A stretch of 64,000 nt of DNA from Candidatus Flemingiibacterium sp. (lineage in GTDB: Bacteria > Bacillota > Clostridia > Oscillospirales > CAG-272), in contig JAZTXD010000078.1 in the NCBI GenBank assembly GCA_045636265.1, positions 66,967 to 130,966 on the forward strand. Reading direction: 5' to 3'. Below, piece by piece: positions 55,760 to 64,000 of the stretch. Within the stretch, counting starts at the first letter, position 1, and every line of letters begins with the position of its first letter. Both the position numbers and the translations under genes were made by a program. The notes beneath the pieces were generated by a model, which ran no database searches, was not told the DNA's origin, and saw nothing but the letters and a program-made list of their open reading frames with translations.

Positions 55760-56227
55760 TTATTGCGTTAGCATTTTGTGAGGCTGATATTTTATTCCTT
55801 TTTCTTTTGCTTCTTTTATTTTTTGTAAATTATATCCGTTTACATATGTGTTTTCCTCTGTATTGAAAAATGGTTTTCTTTCACGGTGAAATCCCGTAAT
55901 CCAATCGATTGATATATTATAAAATAATGCTATTAGAGATAATTTCATTATGTTCACTGAATACCCCTCTTGTTCATATCTCCAATATTCTTTTTGTGAT
56001 ACATCAAGTATATTTGCAAGTTCTTCTTGTGTAAGTTTGTTTTCTTTACGTAATAGTTTAATATTCCTATTTATCATTGTGTATTCAGATGTTTTGTATC
56101 TTTCTATGTGTGGTAGTTGTGCTATTGCCTCATCCATTCCAAGTTCTTTTTTTGTTTGCTGGAATTTTTCCCATTGCTCCGCTGTTAGTTCTTCTTTTAG
56201 TATCGTATCGTTTAAAATATTTGACAT
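55760..56227 (-). CDS. XRE-family HTH regulator
   Basis: LRKENKLTQEELANILDVSQKEYWRYEQEGYSVNIMKL. Confidence 0.8.
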   Translation of the reverse strand: MSNILNDTILKEELTAEQWEKFQQTKKELGMDEAIAQLPHIERYKTSEYTMINRNIKLLRKENKLTQEELANILDVSQKEYWRYEQEGYSVNIMKLSLIALFYNISIDWITGFHRERKPFFNTEENTYVNGYNLQKIKEAKEKGIKYQPHKMLTQ

Positions 56228-56255
56228 ATATACCTCACAAATTTTTATTTACCCC

Positions 56256-56310
56256 TTGACAAACGGCACATCTGCCGTTATAATATAAATATGGCATATC
56301 TGCCGTAAAT
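56256..56310 (+). promoter_or_regulatory. perfect consensus promoter TTGACA-17-TATAAT with two palindromic operator copies
   Basis: ACGGCAcatcTGCCGT fills the spacer (56263-56278). tGGCAtatcTGCCGT is repeated at 56292-56306. The XRE gene lies divergently. Confidence 0.65.
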
Positions 56311-56379
56311 ACATTATAGCGCATGTTTTATTGTTTGTCAAGGATTTTTTAATAAATTAAAAGTTCAAAGGAGAATCAC

Positions 56380-56640
56380 ATGCAACAATACACACACCTT
56401 AATCCCGATGATGCATACCACGCTACAGTAGAAACAGAAAACCATGATTTTGTGGTCCATGTTGCAACAAACGACCTTGATGCATTCTTGTATTGGCTTA
56501 ATAGTTTTTGCAATATGTTCCCTAACGTCTATTGGATATCACACGGCATAGGCAAAGCAGATGCAAAGTCTGCCGAGTGTCCTATATATGACCGTGTATA
56601 CTACATGAGGGAAAGGATTTTGAAAGGGTGGTCCATATGA
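56380..56640 (+). CDS. hypothetical protein
   Basis: 86-aa ORF after AAAGGAG, first gene downstream of the promoter. Confidence 0.5.
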   Translation: MQQYTHLNPDDAYHATVETENHDFVVHVATNDLDAFLYWLNSFCNMFPNVYWISHGIGKADAKSAECPIYDRVYYMRERILKGWSI

Positions 56641-56963
56641 CATTTTCAACTTCAGACATACAAAACCGCATACAAGAAATAGAGCGCGACTACTTCGAGC
56701 TTGCAGGACATGTGTTCGTCCGAGAGTGCATTGACCTTTATTTGAATGGCGAATTACAAAACATAGGCAAATATGACACAGAAGCAATATTGTTTTTGCG
56801 TGATGATAATATCGACCATATGCGGCAGATGCTTGAAGCAATGGAAACCAATATGCGAGTAGTACATACTTTTGCTAATTCCATGGCGCATAAGGCATCC
56901 AAAAATAAGACGATACGTCTTGTTAACTACAAGAATAATCCGAAATATTTCAATCGCAAATAA
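56628..56963 (+). CDS. hypothetical protein
   Basis: 111-aa ORF overlapping the previous stop. Confidence 0.5.
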   Translation: MVHMTFSTSDIQNRIQEIERDYFELAGHVFVRECIDLYLNGELQNIGKYDTEAILFLRDDNIDHMRQMLEAMETNMRVVHTFANSMAHKASKNKTIRLVNYKNNPKYFNRK

Positions 56964-57051
56964 GACGAAACGTCTTGTTTTACTGTCCAATAAAACGGAC
57001 AGTACCATGTTGCATATCGTGACATGGTTTACAGTCTACATACCTTCCATA

Positions 57052-57112
57052 ACGCTACGCGCCGCAACGCGCACCGCGCGTGCGCGCGAAGCGTAGAAGG
57101 CGAAAGCCTTCT
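57052..57112. promoter_or_regulatory. GC-rich nested palindromes, candidate rolling-circle origin
   Basis: GCGCAC-cgcgc-GTGCGC and AGAAGGC-gaaa-GCCTTCT sit in otherwise AT-rich DNA, 60 nt upstream of rep. Three AT-rich hairpins precede them at 56964-57040. Confidence 0.4.
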
Positions 57113-57171
57113 ATTTAACTTGATTATATATGAATATTAGGGTAAATCTGTTAGAAAGGTGATAATTTCAC

Positions 57172-58197
57172 ATGGGTATCAAATGCGGATATGTTTTCAA
57201 TGATAAGACTGGCGAACGTGTAAACATACGCCCATATAAACGAGATATCGTCACACTTATAGAGAGTGGAAATATAACAGAGATACGCTATACTGACGTT
57301 TATTCACACGGGGGAACTATAAGACGTATATCAAAAGATGAGTACTTTGATATACGTGACGGAGAAGTCAAACAAATAGAGCATCACGTAAAACGTGTTG
57401 ATGATACACAATCTGTAAAGCGTTCTATGAAGCAAGCACGCGATATTATCAATGCAAATTGTACTGTCCCTGATAACTGTTTATGGATTACCTTTACATA
57501 TGCCGATAATATGCGAGATAGGAATAAACTGTATAATGATTTCAAAAACTTCAAGAAAAAGTTTGATATAACATACTCATATGACCGCTATATTCTCGCT
57601 GTAGAACCACAAGAGCGTGGAGCATGGCATATTCACATGATTGCAATATTTACCAAAAAAGCGCCGTTTATTCCTAATGAACTACTTCGTAAATTATGGG
57701 GACACGGTTTTGTTAGTATAAAAGCTCTTGACAATGTTGATAATGTCGGTGCATATCTTACGTCCTATCTATCCGATATCCCCGTAGAGGAGTACAGCGG
57801 ACAAGCAAAAGGCGAAATAAAAGAAGTAGAAACTACAGACGAAAACGGAAACAAGGTCACAAAGAAATATATCAAAGGTGCACGCCTTAAAATGTACCCA
57901 GCTGGCATGCATATTTTTAGGTGGTCGCGCAACTGTGTAAAGCCTACAATCACAAAGACTACAGCTGAAATAGCCGAAAAGAAAGTTGAGGGTTTAACAC
58001 CTACATATGAAACTACAAAGAGCATACAGAGCGAAGAAACTGATTTTTCAGCGATTATCAATATTCGAGCATACAACCGGGTAAGGAGCGACAAATGCAA
58101 TTCACAGAATATGTCAAAGAATGGCTTGAACTCAAAAAGACAGAATTACGTAAATCCACATATGATGCATATTGCAACTACATATACAGACACATAA
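57172..58197 (+). CDS. rep: rolling-circle replication initiator (HUH endonuclease)
   Basis: Motif I CLWITFTYA, motif II (HUH) GAWHIHMIAIF, motif III VGAYLTSYLSD (Y-x3-Y). Confidence 0.7.
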   Translation: MGIKCGYVFNDKTGERVNIRPYKRDIVTLIESGNITEIRYTDVYSHGGTIRRISKDEYFDIRDGEVKQIEHHVKRVDDTQSVKRSMKQARDIINANCTVPDNCLWITFTYADNMRDRNKLYNDFKNFKKKFDITYSYDRYILAVEPQERGAWHIHMIAIFTKKAPFIPNELLRKLWGHGFVSIKALDNVDNVGAYLTSYLSDIPVEEYSGQAKGEIKEVETTDENGNKVTKKYIKGARLKMYPAGMHIFRWSRNCVKPTITKTTAEIAEKKVEGLTPTYETTKSIQSEETDFSAIINIRAYNRVRSDKCNSQNMSKNGLNSKRQNYVNPHMMHIATTYTDT

Positions 58198-59036
58198 TAC
58201 CATACTTTTTACATCTTCAAGTGGAATTAGAAAATCTAACCCCGTTAATGATAAAGAAGTATGTCAATGATAAACTGCAAGGCGGTCGGCTTGACGGTAA
58301 AATAGGCGGTCTAACTGACGTATCGGTTCGCAAGCATCTTAACGTAATAAAACAAGCTCTTAACGATGCTGTTTTATATGGCTACATATCCGTAAACCCT
58401 GCGCAAGCAGTAAAAATGCGGCGAAGATTTACGCCGTTATCAGATAATATAAATTATCTTACAACCGATGAAGCAAAAGCAATATTGTCAATGCTTGAAC
58501 AATACCCCGTGATACATCTTGCTGTTATGCTCTCCTTGTTTTACGGTCTGCGTAAATCCGAAGTTCTCGGTTTGCGTTGGTCTGCGATAGACTTTGAATA
58601 TGATGTTTTTTGTATAAACCATACTGTAGTAAAAAGTAACACTATAGAAGCTGGGAACCAAACAAAGACAGAGGGAAGCAAGGCAAGATATCAATTACTC
58701 CCGATTGTAAAAAACGCTCTGCAAGCGCACAAAGCACGCACAGAGCATATACAGAGCGAATACGTCTTTACACGGTCGGACGGTTCTGTAATGCGACCTG
58801 ACAGCCTTACACGCACATTTCAACGGTGTTTAAAACGTCATGGTTTTAAAAAGATGCGATTTCACGACCTGCGGCACAGTACCGCTACCATACTATTTGA
58901 CCAAGGTTGGAGTATCGAAGATGTTCGACAATGGTTACGGCATAGCGACATAGAAACGACTTTTAATATCTACAATCACTATCAAGAGTATCGAAAAATC
59001 CTTGTAGGAAAAGACATTTCAAAAATATTTGCATAG
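58095..59036 (+). CDS. int: tyrosine site-specific integrase
   Basis: GLRKSEVLGLRW (Arg), RFHDLRHSTAT (HxxR), LRHSDIETTFNIYNHY (H...Y). Confidence 0.9.
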   Translation: MQFTEYVKEWLELKKTELRKSTYDAYCNYIYRHIIPYFLHLQVELENLTPLMIKKYVNDKLQGGRLDGKIGGLTDVSVRKHLNVIKQALNDAVLYGYISVNPAQAVKMRRRFTPLSDNINYLTTDEAKAILSMLEQYPVIHLAVMLSLFYGLRKSEVLGLRWSAIDFEYDVFCINHTVVKSNTIEAGNQTKTEGSKARYQLLPIVKNALQAHKARTEHIQSEYVFTRSDGSVMRPDSLTRTFQRCLKRHGFKKMRFHDLRHSTATILFDQGWSIEDVRQWLRHSDIETTFNIYNHYQEYRKILVGKDISKIFA

Positions 59037-59051
59037 TAAAAAAGCAAAAAA

Positions 59052-59080
59052 GCGGTGGATTACCTCCACCGCCCTTTTGT
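59052..59080 (+). terminator. terminator after int
   Basis: GCGGTGGA-ttacc-TCCACCGC followed by CCTTTTGTT. Confidence 0.7.
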
Positions 59081-59156
59081 TGGTCTGAGTGACAAGACTT
59101 GAACTTGCGGCCTCTACCACCCCAAGGTAGCGCGCTACCAACTGCGCCACACCCAG
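59081..59156 (-). tRNA. tRNA-Pro (anticodon GGG)
   Basis: Hand-folded 76 nt: acceptor CTGGGTG/CACTCAG, D arm GCGC-AGTTGGTA-GCGC, anticodon arm CTACC-TTGGGGT-GGTAG, T arm GCAAG-TTCAAGT-CTTGT, discriminator A, encoded CCA. Confidence 0.85.
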
Positions 59157-59240
59157 ATACCCAACGCATAATATTATATCACACCAGAATGCGTTTGTCA
59201 ATAGTTTTTTATAATATTTCTAATTTTTTTGACAATAAAA

Positions 59241-59276
59241 AGCAGTATGCTCCGTATCGCCGCGGCACATACTGCT
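59241..59276 (-). terminator. terminator after sigE
   Basis: AGCAGTATG/CATACTGCT stem followed by TTTTTATT on the reverse strand. Confidence 0.7.
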
Positions 59277-59281
59277 TTTAT

Positions 59282-60034
59282 TTATACCTTACTGCGAAGC
59301 TCTTCTTGAAGCCTTGCAAGAATCTTCTTCTCAAGCCGAGAAATGTACGACTGCGATATACCAAGCATATCCGCAACCTCCTTTTGCGTAAGCTCCTTCC
59401 CTCCTCCGATGCCGTAACGTAATTTTATTATTTCCCTCTCGCGCTCATTAAGATTTGACAGCGCCTCGTTTATCGTCCTCTTTTCTTCTATCGCCTCTAT
59501 CCCACGAGATACATCATCTTCATCAGCACCAAGCACGTCTGAAAGCAGCAGCTCATTCCCGTCCCAATCCACACTTAACGGCTCGTCTATCGATATATCG
59601 TGATGCCCCGACCATTTGCGTATGTACATTAAAATTTCATTCTCGATGCACCTTGACGCGTACGTCGCAAGCTTGATATTCTTGTCCGCGCGGAACGTGT
59701 TCACCGCTTTGATAAGTCCGATAGTCCCTATGGATATCAGATCCTCAAGACCTGCCCCCGTATTTTCAAACTTCTTGGCTATATACACAACCAGCCGCAA
59801 GTTGTGCTCCACAAGCTTACTTCGCGCCCCAGAACAAATCTCCGTGTTTTCATCCTCAAGCATCTCAATAACAGCCGATTCCTCTTCCGGTGTCAGCGGC
59901 GGTGGAAGTGTGTCCGCTCCGTTCACGTAATAAACTCCGTGTGTCGAGCCTGTGGATGCAAGCGTATCGATTATACGTTTTGATAAGCGAAGTCCGCACT
60001 CGCGTATGTAAAAAATCAAATCATACAGCTTCAT
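59282..60034 (-). CDS. sigE: sporulation sigma factor SigE (pro-sigma-E)
   Basis: Pro-sequence then [31 protein letters not shown], region 4 [21 protein letters not shown]. Lies directly downstream of spoIIGA. Confidence 0.9.
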   Translation of the reverse strand: MKLYDLIFYIRECGLRLSKRIIDTLASTGSTHGVYYVNGADTLPPPLTPEEESAVIEMLEDENTEICSGARSKLVEHNLRLVVYIAKKFENTGAGLEDLISIGTIGLIKAVNTFRADKNIKLATYASRCIENEILMYIRKWSGHHDISIDEPLSVDWDGNELLLSDVLGADEDDVSRGIEAIEEKRTINEALSNLNEREREIIKLRYGIGGGKELTQKEVADMLGISQSYISRLEKKILARLQEELRSKV

Positions 60035-60046
60035 ATGATTACCCTT

Positions 60047-60979
60047 TCATAAATTCAGTAATATCTGTGGGATTATGCCGTCACATCCGTCATATTCCCC
60101 ACCGTTTACATCAATCCCAACAAGCGCATCAATATCTTTGCCGTCAACCGAAAGCTTATCCGGACGAAAGCAAAGCATTATTCCCTGCCCCATCACGCTT
60201 CTTATAGGGACAAATCTGGCACCGCACAGCATCTCATCTGGTACAGCCGTAATCTTATCCGGTGCCATTGCGCCGTCAATAAGTGCCACCGGGAGAATAC
60301 CGTACAGCTTCGATACGGATACTATTATCACCGGCTTCCCTGAAATCGGGTCGCGCAGTAAGTTTCCGCTGTCCGACAAAAGCTCAAGTGTCACACTTTT
60401 TTGATAAGCCCCAAGCGTCAGCGTCACATGTTCGCGCGACAGCTTATGGTCCCGAATCTTTCCGTATACAAGACTCACCGTACCTGCCGCTGCCGCCGCA
60501 AATATAAAGATAAGCGGTGACATATCCGCAGCGCCGTAATCCTGACGGTACGCCGAAACATTAGCCCCACGGCTCATAAATCCGTACAGCACGGTCATAG
60601 CACCGCCAAGCCCCACGCTTACAGCTATATAAGACAGCGTCAATACCGGTAACACAGTACGTTTCCCGGTTGCCGCAGACGTCATAACAGCGGCACACAG
60701 TACAGCGCCTATAAATATCACAATCTGCCAAAAAGGGGACGCGGTATAAGGTTCAAGGAGCGCAATCATCAGCGACCAAAGTGCGCCGATAACACAGGCA
60801 ATACTCATTCGCCCGGGGCGTATCTTTGTATGCGAGAGCTTAAACGTTATGTAAAGCGCCAGGAAATCCATTGAAAAATTTACGATCAGCAATGAATCGG
60901 CGTATATAACCGTGGCGCTCCCCCCTTGTTTACCGGATGCTATAATTATACACCCGGCGGCACAAAAAATTTGTCGCAA
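60047..60979 (-). CDS. spoIIGA: sigma-E processing peptidase SpoIIGA (start uncertain)
   Basis: VIYADSLLIVNFSMDFLALYITFKL N-terminal pattern, 5 TM, C-terminal aspartic-protease-type domain. The true start is probably near 60910, after GGGGGGAG and a TGTATAAT -10 element. Confidence 0.8.
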   Translation of the reverse strand: MRQIFCAAGCIIIASGKQGGSATVIYADSLLIVNFSMDFLALYITFKLSHTKIRPGRMSIACVIGALWSLMIALLEPYTASPFWQIVIFIGAVLCAAVMTSAATGKRTVLPVLTLSYIAVSVGLGGAMTVLYGFMSRGANVSAYRQDYGAADMSPLIFIFAAAAAGTVSLVYGKIRDHKLSREHVTLTLGAYQKSVTLELLSDSGNLLRDPISGKPVIIVSVSKLYGILPVALIDGAMAPDKITAVPDEMLCGARFVPIRSVMGQGIMLCFRPDKLSVDGKDIDALVGIDVNGGEYDGCDGIIPQILLNL

Positions 60980-61087
60980 AAAAACGGCAAAACATTAAAA
61001 AATATCCTGCCGGGTTACGTATAATTTCGCTGCACATCGGAGAAAATTATTGTGTACCTCATAAAGCTTTATGAAAGGAAATTATAT

Positions 61088-61309
61088 ATGTTAGACAAAA
61101 TCGCACTTATTTTAGCCATAATCGGCGGCCTCAACTGGGGAAGCATTGGCATTTTCAAGTTTGACCTTGTCGCGTGGATCTGCGGCGGTCAGGGCACGCT
61201 CTTCGCGCGCATCATCTACACAATAGTAGGTCTTGCGGCGGTATGGTGCATTTCCCTTTTATTCCGCGAAACCGATCACGTTGAAGAAGACGTTTCCATG
61301 AGAAGCTGA
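61088..61309 (+). CDS. DUF378 membrane protein
   Basis: LILAIIGGLNWGSIGIFKFDLVAWICGG. Confidence 0.8.
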   Translation: MLDKIALILAIIGGLNWGSIGIFKFDLVAWICGGQGTLFARIIYTIVGLAAVWCISLLFRETDHVEEDVSMRS

Positions 61310-61319
61310 AACAAAACGA

Positions 61320-61345
61320 GCCTCCCTCTACGAGGGAGGCTTTTT
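61320..61345 (+). terminator. rho-independent terminator
   Basis: GCCTCCCTC-tac-GAGGGAGGC followed by TTTTT. Confidence 0.85.
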
Positions 61346-61467
61346 ACTGTAAAATCAATTCACAATAGAGTTTTTCTCAATTAACGAGATGTAGACAACT
61401 GCCAAAATTTACTGTATAATATAATTACAATCGGGCCGACAAGTAATTTATTTGGAGGACATATACT

Positions 61468-62562
61468 ATGAGTTTTGGTAAAATAATAAAAAAACTTCGC
61501 CGCGAGCGCGACATGACGCAGGAACGGCTCGCCGAAATTTTGTCGATTTCTCCCCAGGCAGTGAGCCGTTGGGAAACTGATATGGCAATGCCTGATATCT
61601 CGCTGATTGCTTCACTCTGTAATCTCTTTAACATCACATCTGACGAGCTTTTGGAGATTGATCTTTCTCACAAGAAAGAGAATGTCAAAGCCATCTGTAA
61701 GGAGGCAGAAAAATATTCTGATAGAGGCTACTTGGAAGAAGCCAGAAAAATACTTGAAGACGGGCTGAACAAATATCCCAACGACCTCGAAATAGTATAT
61801 AATCTTATGTACTTATCTTCCTTCCAACGCGATAAAACTGGGGATAAGAAGTATCTGGATGAGGCAATCAAATGGGGCGAAAAACTTCTTGCACAGAGCA
61901 CCGACGATACCCAAAGACATGGCGCCATTCAAATTCTATGCTATTCTTATCGGGATGCCGGACGCTTGAACGAAGCTGTTAGGATGGCAGAATCCATGCC
62001 GTTTATGTGCATTTCCCAAGAATCGCTGCTTAGTACTATTTATTCCGGGGATAAAGAGTATGCTTCAAAACAGAGGGAGGCTATAAATTTGTTACAGTTC
62101 CTATCCAACAGTTTATCTTCTCTGCAAACAAAGTTAGATTCCGGTGACTACGCTTACACTGACGGTGAATGTGCCATCCTACGCGACAAACGCATAGCAC
62201 TGCTGAATTTGTTTTTTGAGAACGGTGATTTTGGATTTTACCACACACATCTTTATGACACGCACAGAGATCAGGCTATATACTATGCAAAGAAGTGCGA
62301 GGATGATATGGCGCTAAAGCATCTGCACTCAGCGGCGGAGCACGCCATTAAATTTATCACCTCACATGATGAGCAGAGGACCTCGCTTGTATTTCGCGGC
62401 ATGAGTGGCGGAAGCTGGTCAACGAACACTACAGATAATGATGCCAGCCGTATGCTTGCGACTATGGGAAGCTCTGTTTTTGACAGAGTTCGTGAAAGAG
62501 ATGATTTTGTTAAAATCAAAGAACAACTTCGTGAGTATTCCGGTGCGTGGGATGTGAAATAA
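61468..62562 (+). CDS. XRE-family HTH protein with TPR-like C-terminal region
   Basis: IIKKLRRERDMTQERLAEILSISPQAVSRWETDMAMPDISLI. Confidence 0.75.
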   Translation: MSFGKIIKKLRRERDMTQERLAEILSISPQAVSRWETDMAMPDISLIASLCNLFNITSDELLEIDLSHKKENVKAICKEAEKYSDRGYLEEARKILEDGLNKYPNDLEIVYNLMYLSSFQRDKTGDKKYLDEAIKWGEKLLAQSTDDTQRHGAIQILCYSYRDAGRLNEAVRMAESMPFMCISQESLLSTIYSGDKEYASKQREAINLLQFLSNSLSSLQTKLDSGDYAYTDGECAILRDKRIALLNLFFENGDFGFYHTHLYDTHRDQAIYYAKKCEDDMALKHLHSAAEHAIKFITSHDEQRTSLVFRGMSGGSWSTNTTDNDASRMLATMGSSVFDRVRERDDFVKIKEQLREYSGAWDVK

Positions 62563-62605
62563 CCGGATACCTTTGTTAATGCTAAGTTGACAGAATATAA
62601 AGGTT

Positions 62606-62633
62606 GCCTCCGATAAAGACGCTTATCGGAGGC
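62606..62633. terminator. bidirectional terminator
   Basis: GCCTCCGATAA...TTATCGGAGGC between convergent genes. Confidence 0.75.
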
Positions 62634-62666
62634 TCACTTATATTCAAAATTTCTTTTGGGGTATTC

Positions 62667-64000
62667 TCAAATATTAAACAGCAGCGCGTCGTATGTCGGG
62701 AAGGGCCAATACTCTTCGCTGACTATTGCTTCAAGCTCGTCAGCGGCAGCACGAACGCTGTTCATTGTGGGAATGATCTCGTCGCGGATGAAGAACATAA
62801 GCTCATAGTGTCCCTCTATCTTGTGGCTCTCGGAAACCGCGTACTCCAGCGCACCTATTCCCTCGTGAAGCTCGCTTGCAAGCGTGGAGAGCTTGTTTAC
62901 AAGCTCACATTCAACATCAACGGGTGCACCAATAGCCTTTGCCGCCACAGCGGTTTCGGAAATGTCGCGTATATACTTCATAACCGCTGGAACTATCTGT
63001 TTTTTTGCCATATCGAGCATTGTAAGCGCCTCGATATTGATAGTCTTGCAGTAGCTCTCCATGTGTATATCGTCACGTGAGTGCATTTCGGTTTCGGTAA
63101 AGACCTTATGGCGCTCATACATAGCGATATTCTTCTCTGCAACAAAGCAAGGAAGTGCATCGGGAGTTGTTCGCAGGTTAAGAAGTCCGCGGCGCTCTGC
63201 CTCGGCAACCCACTCGTCGGAATAGTTGTTTCCATTGAAGATAATACGCTTATGCTGGTGATATATGTCCTTGATAAGCTTTCCGACAGCTTTGTTGAAG
63301 TCCTCGCCTGCCGCAACTGCCGCTTCGAGTCTGTCCGCAATACGCGAAAGCTCCTCGGCAACTATGGTATTAAGCGTAAGATTCGGTCCGGATACGGAGT
63401 GTGATGCGCCGACGCTTCTGAATTCAAACTTGTTTCCGGTGAATGCAAACGGAGATGTACGGTTTCTGTCGGTTGTATCCTTTGCGAATTTCGGAAGCAC
63501 ATCCGCTCCGATTTCCATAAACGCACGCTTATGTACATCGTATTCGGTATCGTTTTCGATAGATTCGAGAATTTCCGTAAGCTCGTCGCCAAGGAACATG
63601 GAAATTATCGCGGGGGGGGCTTCATTTGCACCAAGGCGGTGATCGTTGCCTGCGCTCGCCACAGATACACGGAGAAGATCCTGGAAATCGTCAACCGCGG
63701 CTATAACTGCACACAGGAACAAAAGGAACTGTGCGTTCTCGGAAGGTGTGTCGCCCGGCTCAAGAAGGTTCACGCCTTCTTTTGTGGCGATAGCCCAGTT
63801 ATTATGCTTACCGGAACCGTTTACGCCTGCAAACGGCTTTTCATGGAGAAGGCATACCAGTCCGTGACGTCCGGCTATCTTCTTCATGGTTTCCATTGTT
63901 AACTGATTATGGTCAGTGGCAAGGTTTGTGGTACCGTAAATCGGAGCTAACTCATGCTGTGCCGGAGCCGCCTCGTTATGCTCTGTCTTGGCAAGGACGC
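62667..64000 (-). CDS. glnA: glutamine synthetase type III, C-terminal part (continues past window end)
   Basis: ...EHNEAAPAQHELAPIYGTTNLATDHNQLTMETMKKIAGRHGLVCLLHEKPFAGVNGSGKHNNW.... The frame is open to position 64000. Confidence 0.9.
   Translation of the reverse strand, partial: VLAKTEHNEAAPAQHELAPIYGTTNLATDHNQLTMETMKKIAGRHGLVCLLHEKPFAGVNGSGKHNNWAIATKEGVNLLEPGDTPSENAQFLLFLCAVIAAVDDFQDLLRVSVASAGNDHRLGANEAPPAIISMFLGDELTEILESIENDTEYDVHKRAFMEIGADVLPKFAKDTTDRNRTSPFAFTGNKFEFRSVGASHSVSGPNLTLNTIVAEELSRIADRLEAAVAAGEDFNKAVGKLIKDIYHQHKRIIFNGNNYSDEWVAEAERRGLLNLRTTPDALPCFVAEKNIAMYERHKVFTETEMHSRDDIHMESYCKTINIEALTMLDMAKKQIVPAVMKYIRDISETAVAAKAIGAPVDVECELVNKLSTLASELHEGIGALEYAVSESHKIEGHYELMFFIRDEIIPTMNSVRAAADELEAIVSEEYWPFPTYDALLFNI

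Larger units (their letters stand above)
55409..59080. mobile_element. module C: 3.7 kb integrated element (XRE, two orphans, RCR Rep, tyrosine integrase) inserted in the tRNA-Pro 3' end
   Basis: Flanked by identical 47-nt direct repeats. The integrase gene abuts the intact tRNA. Confidence 0.8.

Noticed and set aside
59157-59281. Absence of sigG directly downstream of sigE, as a sign of island-mediated disruption of the spoIIG-sigG cluster.
   Set aside because: sigE has its own terminator at 59241-59276, and gene order varies among Clostridia. Without the rest of the genome this cannot be judged.

Overview
The window looks like a chromosomal segment from a sporulating Firmicute, probably Clostridia, judging by spoIIGA-sigE, type III glutamine synthetase and Gram-positive style RBS and promoters. 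Positions 1-18,000 carry ordinary accessory and housekeeping genes: def, an SDR, a 5'-nucleotidase, an HD-domain hydrolase, ADP-ribosylglycohydrolase/WYL/HIRAN, rhodanese/arsC, GrpB, TipAS and adh. Two decayed integrative-element scars also lie in this stretch. Positions ~18,000-59,160 form a visibly more AT-rich composite island that ends at a tRNA-Pro(GGG) gene. (1) The main find is a 12-gene minus-strand operon at 18,025-29,452. It encodes a ubiquitin-like protein, an E1, a eukaryote-like E2 (HPN...C) fused to a polytopic membrane region and an FHA-like domain, three C4HC3 RING/PHD-type zinc-finger membrane proteins, two membrane-anchored JAB/JAMM peptidases and an exported trypsin-like protease. 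An XRE/ImmA regulator pair sits at its head. (2) A ~20 kb Tn4451-like mobilizable element (serine recombinase, TnpV, ParB, MobC, relaxase, TnpW) carries an SNF2-SLOG helicase / DUF4391 / type III Mod / Res operon interrupted by AT-rich orphan genes. (3) Two further small modules sit in tandem at the tRNA-Pro 3' end. The outermost is an intact 3.7 kb integrase / rolling-circle Rep / XRE element. All protein-family calls rest on motifs read by eye; nothing was searched against a database.
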